Of a stretch of 64,000 nt of DNA, positions 10,638-21,485 are shown piece by piece. Both the position numbers and the translations under genes were made by a program. The notes under the pieces were generated by a model. It was not told where the DNA came from. It searched no databases and worked only from the letters and a program-made list of their open reading frames with translations. Numbering within the stretch: the first letter of the stretch is position 1; each line of letters begins with the position of its first letter. This DNA is from an uncultured cyanobacterium (GTDB lineage Bacteria > Cyanobacteriota > Cyanobacteriia > Cyanobacteriales > Nostocaceae): NCBI GenBank assembly GCA_963740315.1, contig CAVUDP010000001.1, positions 1,248,001 to 1,312,000 of the forward strand, read 5' to 3'.

Positions 10638-11708
10638 ATGGTAGGACAATCCGTGCGTAATCAATTGCGTAATAAATTATTTGACACTAATATTGAGAAT
10701 TATCACGTTTTATTGACACCGCAAGAAGTTAAATCAAAATTACCTTTAACAGATAAAGCAGAAGCAAATGTTTCCAAATACAGACAAGAGTTAAAGGATA
10801 TATTAGATTTTCAAGATCGAAGAAAGTTTATCGTAATTGGTCCTTGTTCGATTCATAATACAGAATTAGCTTTAGAATATTCTCAAAGATTAAAGAAGCT
10901 TCAAGAAAAAGTTGAAGATAAATTGCTGTTAATTATGAGGGTTTATTTTGAAAAACCTAGAACAACAGTAGGCTGGAAAGGTTTAATTAACGATCCGGAT
11001 ATGGATGATTCTTTCGATATCGAGAAAGGCATCTTAACTGCACGGGAACTGCTCTTAAAAATTAATGAATTAGGATTGCCCGCAGGTACGGAAGCTTTAG
11101 ATCCGATTATACCTCAGTACATCAGCGAATTAATTTCTTGGTCTGCGATTGGGGCACGAACTGCTGAATCACAAACTCACCGGGAAATGTCCAGCGGGCT
11201 TTCCATGCCAGTCGGTTTTAAAAATGGTACCGATGGTAATATTAAAGTTGCTTTGAATGCTTTAGAGTCAGCTAAAAATAGCCATCATTTTCTAGGTTTA
11301 AATCGACAAGGACAAGTTAGTATTGTTCAAACCAAAGGAAATGATTACGGTCATATAATTTTACGTGGTGGTGGTGGGAAACCAAACTGCGATCGCGAAA
11401 ATGTAAAATCAGCAGAGGAGCAACTCAAAAAAGCAGATTTAACACCAAGAATTGTGGTTGATTGCAGTCACGGTAATTCTAATAAAGACTATAAATTGCA
11501 AGCTGGTGTTTTAGAAAATGTGGTGAAGCAAATAGCGGACGGCAACACATCTATCGTAGGGATGATGTTGGAATCTAATTTATATGAAGGCAATCAAAAG
11601 ATTCCTACTAATTTACAAGAGTTGAAGCATGGAGTTTCCGTGACTGATGCTTGTATTGGTTGGGAAGAAACAGAAAGAATTATTTTGGCTGCTCACGAAA
11701 AGCTGTAA
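10638..11708 (+). CDS. aroF: DAHP synthase, class I-alpha (AroF/G/H type)
   Basis: GPCSIH, RVYFEKPRTTVGWKGL, IGART, GFKNGT, DCSHGNS and SVTDAC. Confidence 0.93.
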   Translation: MVGQSVRNQLRNKLFDTNIENYHVLLTPQEVKSKLPLTDKAEANVSKYRQELKDILDFQDRRKFIVIGPCSIHNTELALEYSQRLKKLQEKVEDKLLLIMRVYFEKPRTTVGWKGLINDPDMDDSFDIEKGILTARELLLKINELGLPAGTEALDPIIPQYISELISWSAIGARTAESQTHREMSSGLSMPVGFKNGTDGNIKVALNALESAKNSHHFLGLNRQGQVSIVQTKGNDYGHIILRGGGGKPNCDRENVKSAEEQLKKADLTPRIVVDCSHGNSNKDYKLQAGVLENVVKQIADGNTSIVGMMLESNLYEGNQKIPTNLQELKHGVSVTDACIGWEETERIILAAHEKL

Positions 11709-11737
11709 TTGGTAAGCGGTGAATTTAGCTAATTTGC

Positions 11738-11767
11738 AACCTCTTTCTTTTTATTAGGAAAGAGGTT
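11738..11767. terminator. Hairpin between convergent genes, possible bidirectional terminator
   Basis: AACCTCTTTC-N10-GAAAGAGGTT. Confidence 0.55.
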
Positions 11768-11796
11768 TTCGACCGAAAATCCCTCTCCCCCTTTCT

Positions 11797-12873
11797 TCAG
11801 CATCCGTAATTAAAACCGTTGAATACTTCTTTTAATTGGTTGTTTTTATATTCATAGATAGTGAATGTAGTTGATTCGTAAACAGTGTTTTTTACAATTA
11901 CTTCTTTAACACCGTCGCTGTTAACGTCTAAAGTACTATATATGTCATAGTCAGGTTGTACTTGGCTGCTAATCACTTGCGGTTGTGAGTTGCTGTAATT
12001 TAGCCATAGGTTTGCATAGATACGAGGAGAGGTTTGGGATTGTGTGTTTTCTTTTCCTTTCCTAACTGTACCGAAAACTTCTAGATTACCATCATTATCA
12101 AGGTCAAATACAGACAGCTTTTCGACAACAAAATCTGAAGAAGCGTTTATATTTTGAGCTTTGGGTGATTCAGAAATAATAGTTTTTGCTTTTGCTAATA
12201 AATCTTGCTTGTAACGATTTAAATCGGCTTGTGATGGTTGCGGGTTTTTAGCAGAAGTGGAATTATAATTTTTAATCGCGTTCAGCCTTACGGCTGCGGC
12301 GATCGCACTACGGTATGTTTCGTCAATTTTATTACCGTTGAAATCTCTAGTTCTATTTCTAGATTTATCTGAGGGGATTTGATTAAAGGCTTCTGATAAT
12401 GATTGCTGATTCTGTACTTTCCCGGCTACAAAGTAAGAACAACTAAGCTGACTGACATCTAGGTTATCTACTGTTATATTACCGATTTTGTTGCGATCGC
12501 TAACTACTGTAAAATCTTTGATACCGTTTAATACACTTTTTTCTCGGTCATTTTCACTTAAAGTATATTTGTCAGAATTGTTGCTTACTAAAACCTTTCT
12601 TACCTTCTCGGTAATATTATTGCTAACATCAATATAGCTACCATTACGATATAAAGCAATAGGATAAATTTGACCTTGTAATTGTTGATTGGTGTTATCT
12701 TTTTTTACCTGAAGCAAGCTGATTAAATTAGTCTGCTGTTGTTGACTCGTTGATTCAGATTGATTGGTATTATCAGTTTGTTGCGATTCGGCTTTCGGTG
12801 TTTGACAAGCTGTTATGCTTTGAATGGCTAATCCAACCGCTAAATATGAACATTTTTTCATTACTGACAGCAT
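11797..12873 (-). CDS. Hypothetical lipoprotein with Ca-binding DxDxDG repeats
   Basis: Signal peptide ending ITAC, Gln-rich linker, DLDNDG and DVNSDG loops. Confidence 0.7.
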   Translation of the reverse strand: MLSVMKKCSYLAVGLAIQSITACQTPKAESQQTDNTNQSESTSQQQQTNLISLLQVKKDNTNQQLQGQIYPIALYRNGSYIDVSNNITEKVRKVLVSNNSDKYTLSENDREKSVLNGIKDFTVVSDRNKIGNITVDNLDVSQLSCSYFVAGKVQNQQSLSEAFNQIPSDKSRNRTRDFNGNKIDETYRSAIAAAVRLNAIKNYNSTSAKNPQPSQADLNRYKQDLLAKAKTIISESPKAQNINASSDFVVEKLSVFDLDNDGNLEVFGTVRKGKENTQSQTSPRIYANLWLNYSNSQPQVISSQVQPDYDIYSTLDVNSDGVKEVIVKNTVYESTTFTIYEYKNNQLKEVFNGFNYGC

Positions 12874-13248
12874 AATTTTTTGTTTGCTAAATAATTATTT
12901 TAATATTCTTGAAATAGCTGTGTATATATTGGTTCCCAAGATCAAAATGTAATTTAATAAAATATATCTGAAGTAATACTTATTCTGTCTTAAGATATAT
13001 AGGACTTATATAGGACTCACATTTTATTTTTTAAAAACACGTAGCACCAACAATTCTTCTTTTTGGTGCGTTAGGCTGAAGCCATAACGCACCCTACAAA
13101 TACCTAATTTCATTCAAAATTCAAACCGGATTCCTATAAATCGTTAATGATAATTAAAAAAACCCGGCTTAAAAAAAAAACCGAGTTTATCAACACCTCA
13201 AATAAACTTATATTGAGATTTTATTTAATTTTCACCGATCGCTAAATT

Positions 13249-14409
13249 CTATGCGACAAAAATACCTTTCTGTTCGCCGGAATTTAGAGTAAAATCTCCT
13301 TCAGGGATATCAGTAAATGAACTACTAACAGCATCCGTTGTTAATGCAGAATCCATTGTTAATGCATCTGTTGTCACTGCGGCGCTTCTTAGAGTAGCTG
13401 CACTGGAAATTCCCGAAGCTATTGTTACTTTTCCAATTAAATCTCTACCGAAATCTTCAATTAAGAATATATTAAATCCATTTTTGTTTTGCTCGACATT
13501 ATAGGTTTCCCCACTACCTAATTGAATTTGCTCTCCAAAAGTAAAATCGGTAATCTTAGCAAAGTCTTTATCGCCAAAATCATCGTAAAAAGAACCAGAT
13601 TCATTACCTAAAACAAATTTATCGGTTCCACTTCCACCTGTTAAGATATCTTTTTCTCTTCTTACAGTATTTTGTACATCTGGATCTGCACCTGTTAAAG
13701 TATCATTTCCAGAACCACCATCCAAGGTGTCATTACCGAAAAGACCGATTAAAGTATCGTTTCCGCCATTCCCTGATAGTTGATTGTTTTTATTATTGCC
13801 GATAATAAAATCAGAGTTTTCGGTTCCTTTAACGTTGACAAAGTTTTCAACTACAAATTCAACAGAACCAAAGGTGGGAGTATCTTCTACTATTAACTGA
13901 TTTTCCGACAAATCGATAGTGAAAAATACAGGAGTTTCCCCACCACCGGAACCATCGATAGTATTATCTTGTTTTGGTGCGCCGACAATTCTTTCTATGT
14001 CTTGAATTTGACTTCCTTGACTATCTCCATTACCAATCAAACCTCGTGGAAGTAGGGTAATCTTTCGTCCTAAAAAGGTGTAGTCTAAAGTATCAAATCC
14101 ATCGCCACCGTTATAGAAATCATCCCCCAAACTACCGAAGATAGTATCATTACCACCTTTAGCTAAAACAAAGTCATTTCCAGGTGTACTAAAAAGTATT
14201 TCAGGATTATCGGTTCCTTCAATACGATTTGGTGCTGGCAGTATGGAATCAATGCTTAATCGCGCATTACTGGTGTTATCACCTTCTACTATAATTGTTG
14301 CTTCGGGAGTAGATCCACCGATGGGAAAATCAGGTTCGACAGGAATCGGTTGTCTTATTGGCTCATTTATAGAAATAACGGGAATTTCGGCGTTTTGAGC
14401 TTCAGCCAT
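13249..14409 (-). CDS. RTX-type (hemolysin-like) calcium-binding secreted protein
   Basis: GGxGxD nonapeptide repeats (GGNDTI, GNGGNDTL, GGSGNDTL, GGSGTDKF) and a C-terminal DFAKITDF. Confidence 0.88.
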   Translation of the reverse strand: MAEAQNAEIPVISINEPIRQPIPVEPDFPIGGSTPEATIIVEGDNTSNARLSIDSILPAPNRIEGTDNPEILFSTPGNDFVLAKGGNDTIFGSLGDDFYNGGDGFDTLDYTFLGRKITLLPRGLIGNGDSQGSQIQDIERIVGAPKQDNTIDGSGGGETPVFFTIDLSENQLIVEDTPTFGSVEFVVENFVNVKGTENSDFIIGNNKNNQLSGNGGNDTLIGLFGNDTLDGGSGNDTLTGADPDVQNTVRREKDILTGGSGTDKFVLGNESGSFYDDFGDKDFAKITDFTFGEQIQLGSGETYNVEQNKNGFNIFLIEDFGRDLIGKVTIASGISSAATLRSAAVTTDALTMDSALTTDAVSSSFTDIPEGDFTLNSGEQKGIFVA

Positions 14410-14717
14410 AGGAATTCTCCTGGGTTGTTAGTGCTTTCAAAGGAATATTCTTTCTTGTTTTTTACCTTTATTTCTCACCGATATGAAAGAAAACCGAAAT
14501 TCTTTAATTTATAAAATGACAGCATCAAAAACTTAGCAAAAATGCCAACACATTTTGAACTTCGCGATCGGAGAATAAATCAAATCTGGACAAGGAATAA
14601 TCCCTGGATCATTCTCTCGTTAGTCAGACCACTTTTATAAACAATTCTGCTATCTTTACAATAACTTTATACACATAATTACCAACCTCTAATCTTTAAA
14701 CCGTATCTAAATTAAAT

Positions 14718-14843
14718 AGGACTTACGCAAAAGCAACGTAATTACGTCATTACGAGCGATAGCGACGTAATCGCAACAACTCTGCGATTGCTTCCCTACA
14801 CTGCGTTCCGGTCGCAATGACAAATCTCCGTTGCGTAAGTCCT
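14718..14843. mobile_element. MITE-like element with 13-bp terminal inverted repeats enclosing a REP-like hairpin
   Basis: AGGACTTACGCAA ... TTGCGTAAGTCCT ends; internal GTCATTACGA...TCGCAATGAC imperfect palindrome. Confidence 0.7.
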
Positions 14844-15115
14844 GTTAAAAAATAGTTATTATAATCACAACTATTAAGTATTTATATAGAAAGAAATCTA
14901 AAGTTGTAAAATTTCGGAAATAGCGATCGTTAAAGCATTATTCCTCACGGATTAAGTCTAAAGATAGATTTATATACTTGTCTTTAAAATTACTAAAAAA
15001 GGTAGTTAGTATATTCTTTAAAATAGATAGTCATCAAAAAATTATTTATTTGCGAGTTATCTAATATCATTAGAGTGGAGAAAATGCAAGCAAAACCAAA
15101 CCACTTAAAAAAGAA

Positions 15116-16366
15116 ATGACTTCTCCTAAACCAAGAGTCGCGATCGTTGGTGCTGGTTTTGCGGGTGTAGAAGCTGCAAAAAAGCTGGGTAAAAATGGAG
15201 TCAATGTTTTACTAATCGATCGCCATAATTATCATACTTTTATCCCAATGCTCTACCAAGTTGCCACCGCCGTAGTTTATCCCCACCAAATTATTTATCC
15301 TTTGCGTAGTTTATTTCGAGGTTTACCAACAGTAAATTTTTTGCAAGCGGATATTACAAAAATTGATTTACAGTTGCAAATTATTCATGCCGAAAATATC
15401 GCAATTGATTACGATTATTTAGTAATTGCTACGGGTAGTCAATCGCAATACCTCGGCGTAACCGGAGCGCCGGAAAACAGTTTCCCGATGCGGACTTTGT
15501 ATGATGCGATCGCCATCCGCAATCAAGTATTAAGTCGTTTTGAGCAAGCAGAGATTACCGACGATGAGGAAGAAAAAATACGGTTATTAACTTTTGTCAT
15601 AGTCGGTGGTGGTGCAACTGGTGTAGAGTTAGCTGGTAGTTTAAACGAATTGATTCACAGCGCTTTTAAAAAAGATTATCCTAGCTTAAATCGCGATCGC
15701 GCACGAGTCATACTTTTGCAATCGGGAGAACAGTTATTTCCTAGCTATCCCCAACAATTAGGAAACTACACCGAAAAATACTTGCGTCGTCACGGAGTCA
15801 AAGTACATCTGAATTCAAAAGTAAGTAAAGTCACTCCAGAAGCCGTTTATCTCGAAGATAATACATCTATATTTACAGATACAGTAATTTGGACTGCGGG
15901 AGTATTAGCCGCGACACCCGAAACCAAACAATCGGTAAAAACCGCTGCAAAAGATAAAATTATAGTCGAGCAAACCTTACAACTTTGCGGACATAAAAAT
16001 GTATATGGTGTAGGAGACGTTTCCTACGTTGATATTCAAGAAGAATTCAACGGAGTCGCACAAGAAGCAATTCAACAAGGAAAAACAGCAGCAGATAATA
16101 TACTCCGACAAATGCGCGGTGAATCACTCAAACCCTTTGATTATTTCAACAAAGGGCGTTTAGCAATTATTGGAAAACACGCAGGAGTCGGGAAAATAGG
16201 TAAATTCGCAATTAAAGGATTTATTGCTTGGTTTCTATGGTTAGAAGTTCATTTGTTATACCTTCCAGGAATTCGCAACCGTTTGGGAGTACTTGGAAAC
16301 TGGCTGAAAAATTATTTCTTCAGCGAAGGTGCATCGAGGGTTATTATTTCTACAGGCAATAAGTGA
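15116..16366 (+). CDS. Type II NADH dehydrogenase (NDH-2) family FAD oxidoreductase
   Basis: Dinucleotide-binding motifs VGAGFAG and VGGGATGVELAG, plus IWTAG, AQEAIQQG and NKGRLAIIG. Confidence 0.9.
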   Translation: MTSPKPRVAIVGAGFAGVEAAKKLGKNGVNVLLIDRHNYHTFIPMLYQVATAVVYPHQIIYPLRSLFRGLPTVNFLQADITKIDLQLQIIHAENIAIDYDYLVIATGSQSQYLGVTGAPENSFPMRTLYDAIAIRNQVLSRFEQAEITDDEEEKIRLLTFVIVGGGATGVELAGSLNELIHSAFKKDYPSLNRDRARVILLQSGEQLFPSYPQQLGNYTEKYLRRHGVKVHLNSKVSKVTPEAVYLEDNTSIFTDTVIWTAGVLAATPETKQSVKTAAKDKIIVEQTLQLCGHKNVYGVGDVSYVDIQEEFNGVAQEAIQQGKTAADNILRQMRGESLKPFDYFNKGRLAIIGKHAGVGKIGKFAIKGFIAWFLWLEVHLLYLPGIRNRLGVLGNWLKNYFFSEGASRVIISTGNK

Positions 16367-16372
16367 CGGAGA

Positions 16373-16425
16373 GAGGGGGAAGAGGGGGAAGAGGGGGAAG
16401 AGGGGGAAGAGGGGGAAGAGGGGGA
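16373..16425. repeat. Nonamer tandem repeat GAGGGGGAA, about 6 copies
   Basis: Direct inspection. Confidence 0.9.
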
Positions 16426-16540
16426 GAGTTAGGAATTATTATACCTTTGACCTTTAACATGCAGACCTTTGACCTAAAATAACCTTTAACCTTTGACCTA
16501 AAATAATCTAAAATCTAAAATCTAAAATCTAAAATTCATT

Positions 16541-16978
16541 ATGGGCTTCAAAAAGTATATTCCGTTAATTGGTAGAGCTTTTCTCGCGGCGATTTTTCTT
16601 AAAGCTGCGGTTTCTAATACCCTTGGTTTTTCAGGTATTGTAGGAATGATGACCGAACGTGGTTTACCTTTTCCACCTTTATTACTTGCAGGTAATATTT
16701 TCTGTACTTTGGTGGGTGGACTTTCGATTTTATTCGGTTTTAAAGCACGTATAGGAGCAATTTTATTAATTATCTTTTTAGTTCCGACAACATTCGTTTT
16801 TCACAATGCTTTTACTAACCCTGATGAATGGAATGCTTTTCTCAAAAATTTCGGTTTAGTAGGTGCGATGTTGTTTATATATTATTACGGTACTGGTCCG
16901 GTTAGTTTGGATGCAGCATCAGCTACAAACGACTATGATGACACCTACGTTACGGAGTCAAATAGAACAAATGTATAA
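16541..16978 (+). CDS. DoxX family membrane protein
   Basis: About 4 TM helices; GR.FLAAIFL, LFGFKARIGA, FLKNFGLVG and GPVSLD. Confidence 0.85.
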   Translation: MGFKKYIPLIGRAFLAAIFLKAAVSNTLGFSGIVGMMTERGLPFPPLLLAGNIFCTLVGGLSILFGFKARIGAILLIIFLVPTTFVFHNAFTNPDEWNAFLKNFGLVGAMLFIYYYGTGPVSLDAASATNDYDDTYVTESNRTNV

Positions 16979-17405
16979 CCCAAAAGTCCAGTTGCGTAAT
17001 TCCGATATCGTTCTAGCTTACACGTTTTTACGGCTGGTTTTTGGTATCAATATGTTTGTGCATGGTTTAGTTAGACTTCCTAATATATCTGGCTTTGTAG
17101 ATTCTCAAGTAGGACTTTATAAAGACATTGCCATTCCTCCATTATTAATTGCAGGATCAGCTTATTTAATTCCCATTGTAGAATTTGCTGTAGGCTTGCT
17201 ATTAATTTTGGGGTTGCAAACTCGTAAAGCTTTGATAGCTAATTTTCTGCTGATGATGACTTTAATGTTTGGCGTTTGTTTGCTACAGAAATGGGATACG
17301 GCAGGTTCGCAATTAATTTATAATCTTGTCTTATTTATTTTGCTAGCTGGCTGTAGTTTCAATTTGATTTCTCTCGATAATTGGTTGAGTCGTAGGAAAG
17401 GATAG
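16971..17405 (+). CDS. Second DoxX family membrane protein
   Basis: LRLVFGINMFVHG, EFAVGLLLILGLQTR and SLDNW. Start reassigned to ATG 16971, which overlaps the previous stop (ATGTATAA). Confidence 0.8.
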   Translation: MYNPKVQLRNSDIVLAYTFLRLVFGINMFVHGLVRLPNISGFVDSQVGLYKDIAIPPLLIAGSAYLIPIVEFAVGLLLILGLQTRKALIANFLLMMTLMFGVCLLQKWDTAGSQLIYNLVLFILLAGCSFNLISLDNWLSRRKG

Positions 17406-17489
17406 ATGGGGAGATTGGGGAGATGGGGAGATGGGGGGATGGGGAGATGGGGGGATGGGGAGATGGGGGGATGGGGAGACAAGGGGAAG
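17404..17489. repeat. G-rich octamer tandem repeat
   Basis: GGGGAGAT/GGGGGGAT units directly after the doxX stop. Confidence 0.9.
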
Positions 17490-17659
17490 GACTTTACAGA
17501 AGATGAAGCTGAAAGTATTTTTACAAATATAAGCAATCACAACTGTAATAACTTGAAATGTTTGGGTTCGTAGTAAGGGCTTTAGCCCTTTCATTTGAGG
17601 GAACCAATACCCTTACTACGAACTTTTGCAAACCTGTGCGCTTCCTAAAGCCCCAATTA

Positions 17660-19213
17660 TCAACACCTCTTCAACTGACTTAAATGCACGACAATCTCAT
17701 CAATTGCATTTCTAACGGTTCTAATCGGCTGTTCGGTTTGATTCACCATAATACTGAATACTACCGGACCGTAATTCGGCGCGTTAACATATCCCGCAAG
17801 CGTTATCACACCAGTCATTGTTCCGGTTTTCGCTTGTACTAAAGCTTCTGGAGATATATCCTTAAAACGATTTTTTAATGTACCATTTTTACCCGCAACT
17901 GGTAGGGAAGCACGGAAAATTGCAGCATAGGGAGATTTCGCCATCCCTTGCAATGTCTGCACTAATGCTTGGGGACTAATTAAATCTTTGCGAGATAAAC
18001 CCGAACCGTCTACTAATTTATAACTTGCAGGGTCAACTCCAATATCTGCTAAAGTGTATTTCATCACTTCCAAACCTCTTTCAACGGTGGTTTGATTGTT
18101 CTCGAATCGCCTTTTAACGGCTAAGGCTTTCAATAAAGCTTCTGCATACAAATTATTACTGTTAATATTCGTCTCTGCAATTAATTGCGATAACGGTGGA
18201 GATTGCACTGCGGCTAACTCCCTTCCAGTACTCTGGCTTGTTCCCCGGTACATCCCTGCAACCGAAATTCCTTCTTTTGCTAAATTTTGACGGAAATGTT
18301 CTAAGAAATTTTGTATGGGATCGAAAACTGCGATCGCGGTTACATCAGGATTGGAATCTTCAGCTAGTTGTCCTTTTAAGTACAAGGTTTGTCCTTTTAA
18401 ATCGCGCTTAATTTCGATATAACCTTTTGTACCTTTAGCTGCTGTCACGGTTTGGTTAACAACTTTCCATCCAGATGCATCTACGGGATTATCCCATTTT
18501 AATAATAAAGGTCTACCAACTCTTTGAGGAAACAATCTAATTACAGCAGCATTTTCATTTAACATCAAACTGTTAACTGGTGCGCCGTAATAAAACTGTA
18601 TGTCTTCCCACATCCAACTTGGTTCGACTGCTTCCCCTTTAAAATAACCGTCATTAGCTATTAGTTGATTAACTCGACTAACACCTTTTTGACGCAATTG
18701 TTTCGCTAATACTGCAAGTTGTTCGGATTTTAAACTAGGATCTCCTCTACCCACCACTTGTACGACACCATTATTATTACCAAATACGGAAGTACGAATG
18801 CGATAGTTAGGACTTAATGCCTGTAATGCCGCCGCCGTTGTCATCAACTTGGTGACGGATGCTGGAGTGAAGTATTTACTAGCATTTTGGCTGTAAAGCG
18901 TTTGTGGGGAAGACTGATTTTGTACCAAAATACCCCAATGGGTTCTGTTAAATTGGGCGCGATTTGTTACACCATCCACAACCGAATTTAATTGAGAAGC
19001 GCAAAATCTATTTCCTGAAGGTGCAGGAGTATTTCTTGGAGGTGTAGGTGTAGGTATAGTTCTAGGAGGAACCGGGGCTGTAGGTGTAGGTATAGTCGGA
19101 GTTGTTGGGATTACAACTGGTGACTGTGTTTGTGCTGTTGCTGCTTGCTGATTAACGCCAATTTGAACGCCGAAGAATAATAATAGTAAACTTAGGGAAG
19201 ACTTTTTAGACAT
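17660..19213 (-). CDS. dacB: D-alanyl-D-alanine carboxypeptidase/endopeptidase (peptidase S13, PBP4)
   Basis: Motifs PASVTK (SxxK), SNN and KTG, plus DGSGLSR; signal peptide followed by a Pro/Thr-rich linker. Confidence 0.93.
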   Translation of the reverse strand: MSKKSSLSLLLLFFGVQIGVNQQAATAQTQSPVVIPTTPTIPTPTAPVPPRTIPTPTPPRNTPAPSGNRFCASQLNSVVDGVTNRAQFNRTHWGILVQNQSSPQTLYSQNASKYFTPASVTKLMTTAAALQALSPNYRIRTSVFGNNNGVVQVVGRGDPSLKSEQLAVLAKQLRQKGVSRVNQLIANDGYFKGEAVEPSWMWEDIQFYYGAPVNSLMLNENAAVIRLFPQRVGRPLLLKWDNPVDASGWKVVNQTVTAAKGTKGYIEIKRDLKGQTLYLKGQLAEDSNPDVTAIAVFDPIQNFLEHFRQNLAKEGISVAGMYRGTSQSTGRELAAVQSPPLSQLIAETNINSNNLYAEALLKALAVKRRFENNQTTVERGLEVMKYTLADIGVDPASYKLVDGSGLSRKDLISPQALVQTLQGMAKSPYAAIFRASLPVAGKNGTLKNRFKDISPEALVQAKTGTMTGVITLAGYVNAPNYGPVVFSIMVNQTEQPIRTVRNAIDEIVVHLSQLKRC

Positions 19214-19583
19214 TCGAGTAGCGGTAATTATTTGTATTTTATGTGTACTTTATGAGTGTTTTAGCGTTACCGAGGTTCCGCAATTGTTGTCATTAAAACA
19301 CGAATATAGTAATTTGGTTTGGTTAAATTGTTTTTTAAGAAAGGGGAAAGGCGAACAAAAAGTGTAGGTTCCTATTTCAATGCAGTCAGCTAAAATAATT
19401 AATCTATTAAAATTGTTACTATTTATTTTATGGTGCGTTATACTCCGCAATAACACAACCTAAAATTAAAAATCTATAATTGAGCGTAAGAGGATGTTTG
19501 AAAAGTAATAAATAAAACTTGCAAACTTTTAGATTGCCTTAAATCCCCCGCTAACTTGGGGCACTTTAGCCCCCCTTTTTAAA

Positions 19584-19747
19584 GCAGGGCTGTTTCATTC
19601 GATAAAGAAGGTAAATTGTCAATATGATTTGCAATGGTGAGAAGTCGGGTTTTTATAAAAATGTCAGGTTTTTACAGATACTCTTATATAAAAAACCCGA
19701 CTTCTATACTGGATTTTCAAACTTTTGAGGGAATGAAACAGCCCTGC
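19584..19747. mobile_element. MITE-like element with 17-bp terminal inverted repeats, nested in other repeats
   Basis: GCAGGGCTGTTTCATTC ... GAATGAAACAGCCCTGC ends; internal AGAAGTCGGGTTTTT/AAAAACCCGACTTCT pair. Confidence 0.75.
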
Positions 19748-20177
19748 CCTTTTTAAGGGGGGAAGGGGGGATCGTCCGATGATTTAGTTAAAAACGATAC
19801 TTATTAAACATCTTTTAAAATACTTTAATTAGCTGCAAAATAAAATTCTTTTCATATTTTCTCCTGATAACACCGCATCTGAAACAACATACACTTTTGA
19901 TATGTTTTATTAAGAAAATGTAGGATGGACAATGAACATCCTACATTAATTTTGCGTCCCTCTATTAGCTATAAAGTTCATGATTTAATTGCATAACTCC
20001 GGATAAAAACTCTTAATATTTTAGATATTGGATTTTGGATTGTTTTTTCTGTCGATCAACTCTACTCTTAAAAAAAAGAATAGAGTTTGTTTTAGAGGAT
20101 GTTTTAATAACCACCAGGTTAAGTATAAAATTAGATTTTTACGCACATCCTCTTAGACGTAAATTTTATATTAACTA

Positions 20178-21401
20178 TTAACTACTAACTGCTACAGTAT
20201 TTAAATTTAAAGTCGTATTATTGTTAATTTGCCAATACTTATAAGCCGCATAAGCAAAGGTAACAACTCCAACAATTATGGCGGATTCGTCAACTTCAAA
20301 TTTAGGATGATGTAATGGGTGATTCACTTCTCTATCTGTAAAGCCTACACCCAAACGGAACATCGAACCCGGTGCTTTTTCTAAGTACATAGAAAAATCT
20401 TCTGAGCCGAGAGAAGGTTCGGGTAAAACCTGTACGCATGAACTACCCCATGCTTCTTCTGCTGCTGATTGCAATATTTGGGTAAGTACTAAATCGTTTT
20501 GGACGCTGGGTACACCTTGACGATAATTAACTTGGTATTTCGCACCGTAGCAATCGCAAACGCTTTTGACAATATTTTCAATCCAATTGGGAAGATTGGC
20601 GCGGCTTTCTGGATGCAGCGATCGCACTGTTCCTTGTAAGCGCACGGTGTCGGCGATGATATTGGGCGCTCTACCACCGTCGATTTTTCCTATGCTTAAT
20701 ACTACCGGATGTAAGGGATTCTGGGTACGCCCGATCGCTTGTTGTAGCGTGGTAATTACCTGTGCGGCGATCCAAATCGCGTCTATTGCTTGATGTGGGC
20801 GTGCGCCGTGTCCCGATTCGCCAGTTATAATAATCTCTAATTCGTCTGCTGCTGAAGTTAAAGCACCGTAACGCACGCCAACCGATCCCGCAGGTATCGA
20901 AGGAAAAACGTGAATTCCCAAAATACTATCTACATTATCCATCGCTCCATCTGCAACCATCCAGCTGGCACCTTGAGCAATTTCTTCTGCTGGCTGAAAT
21001 ATAAACCGTACTTTTCCGGCTAACTCATGCGATAACTTAGACAAAATCATTGCCGTACCCAAACCCACCGTGGTATGGACATCATGACCGCAAGCGTGCA
21101 TAATACCTTGGTTGCGAGAAGTAAAATCCAATGATGCTAATTCCTGAATCGGTAAAGCATCCATATCGGTACGAATAGCCAAAATACGCTCATCGCTACC
21201 ATTCCCTTCAAGTTCCCCAACCACGCCGGTTTTACCAACATTTTCTTCTACGTGAATACCGTTAGAAGACAAAACCCCAGCCACAAAAGCCGCCGTCTGG
21301 AACTCTTCACCACTGAGTTCCGGATGAGAATGAACGTGGCGACGAATTTCAATCAAACGCGGTGCTAATTCTTTTGCTAAATCTTTAATACGAGAAAGCA
21401 T
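20178..21401 (-). CDS. M20D family amidohydrolase (N-acyl-L-amino acid amidohydrolase-like)
   Basis: RRHVHSHPELS, RTDMDALP, MHACGHD, FQPAEE, GSEDFS and LHHP. Confidence 0.92.
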   Translation of the reverse strand: MLSRIKDLAKELAPRLIEIRRHVHSHPELSGEEFQTAAFVAGVLSSNGIHVEENVGKTGVVGELEGNGSDERILAIRTDMDALPIQELASLDFTSRNQGIMHACGHDVHTTVGLGTAMILSKLSHELAGKVRFIFQPAEEIAQGASWMVADGAMDNVDSILGIHVFPSIPAGSVGVRYGALTSAADELEIIITGESGHGARPHQAIDAIWIAAQVITTLQQAIGRTQNPLHPVVLSIGKIDGGRAPNIIADTVRLQGTVRSLHPESRANLPNWIENIVKSVCDCYGAKYQVNYRQGVPSVQNDLVLTQILQSAAEEAWGSSCVQVLPEPSLGSEDFSMYLEKAPGSMFRLGVGFTDREVNHPLHHPKFEVDESAIIVGVVTFAYAAYKYWQINNNTTLNLNTVAVSS

Positions 21402-21485
21402 AGATTAATTCTTCTACGAGCTTTTTTCCTATCATAAAGAAATGTAACGCTTATTACCGTTCAATTTATACAAAATATTTAGAAA

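Noticed and set aside
16863..16970. Long N-terminus of the second DoxX ORF
   Set aside because: It overlaps the upstream doxX by more than 100 bp; ATG 16971 gives a coupled start and a typical length.
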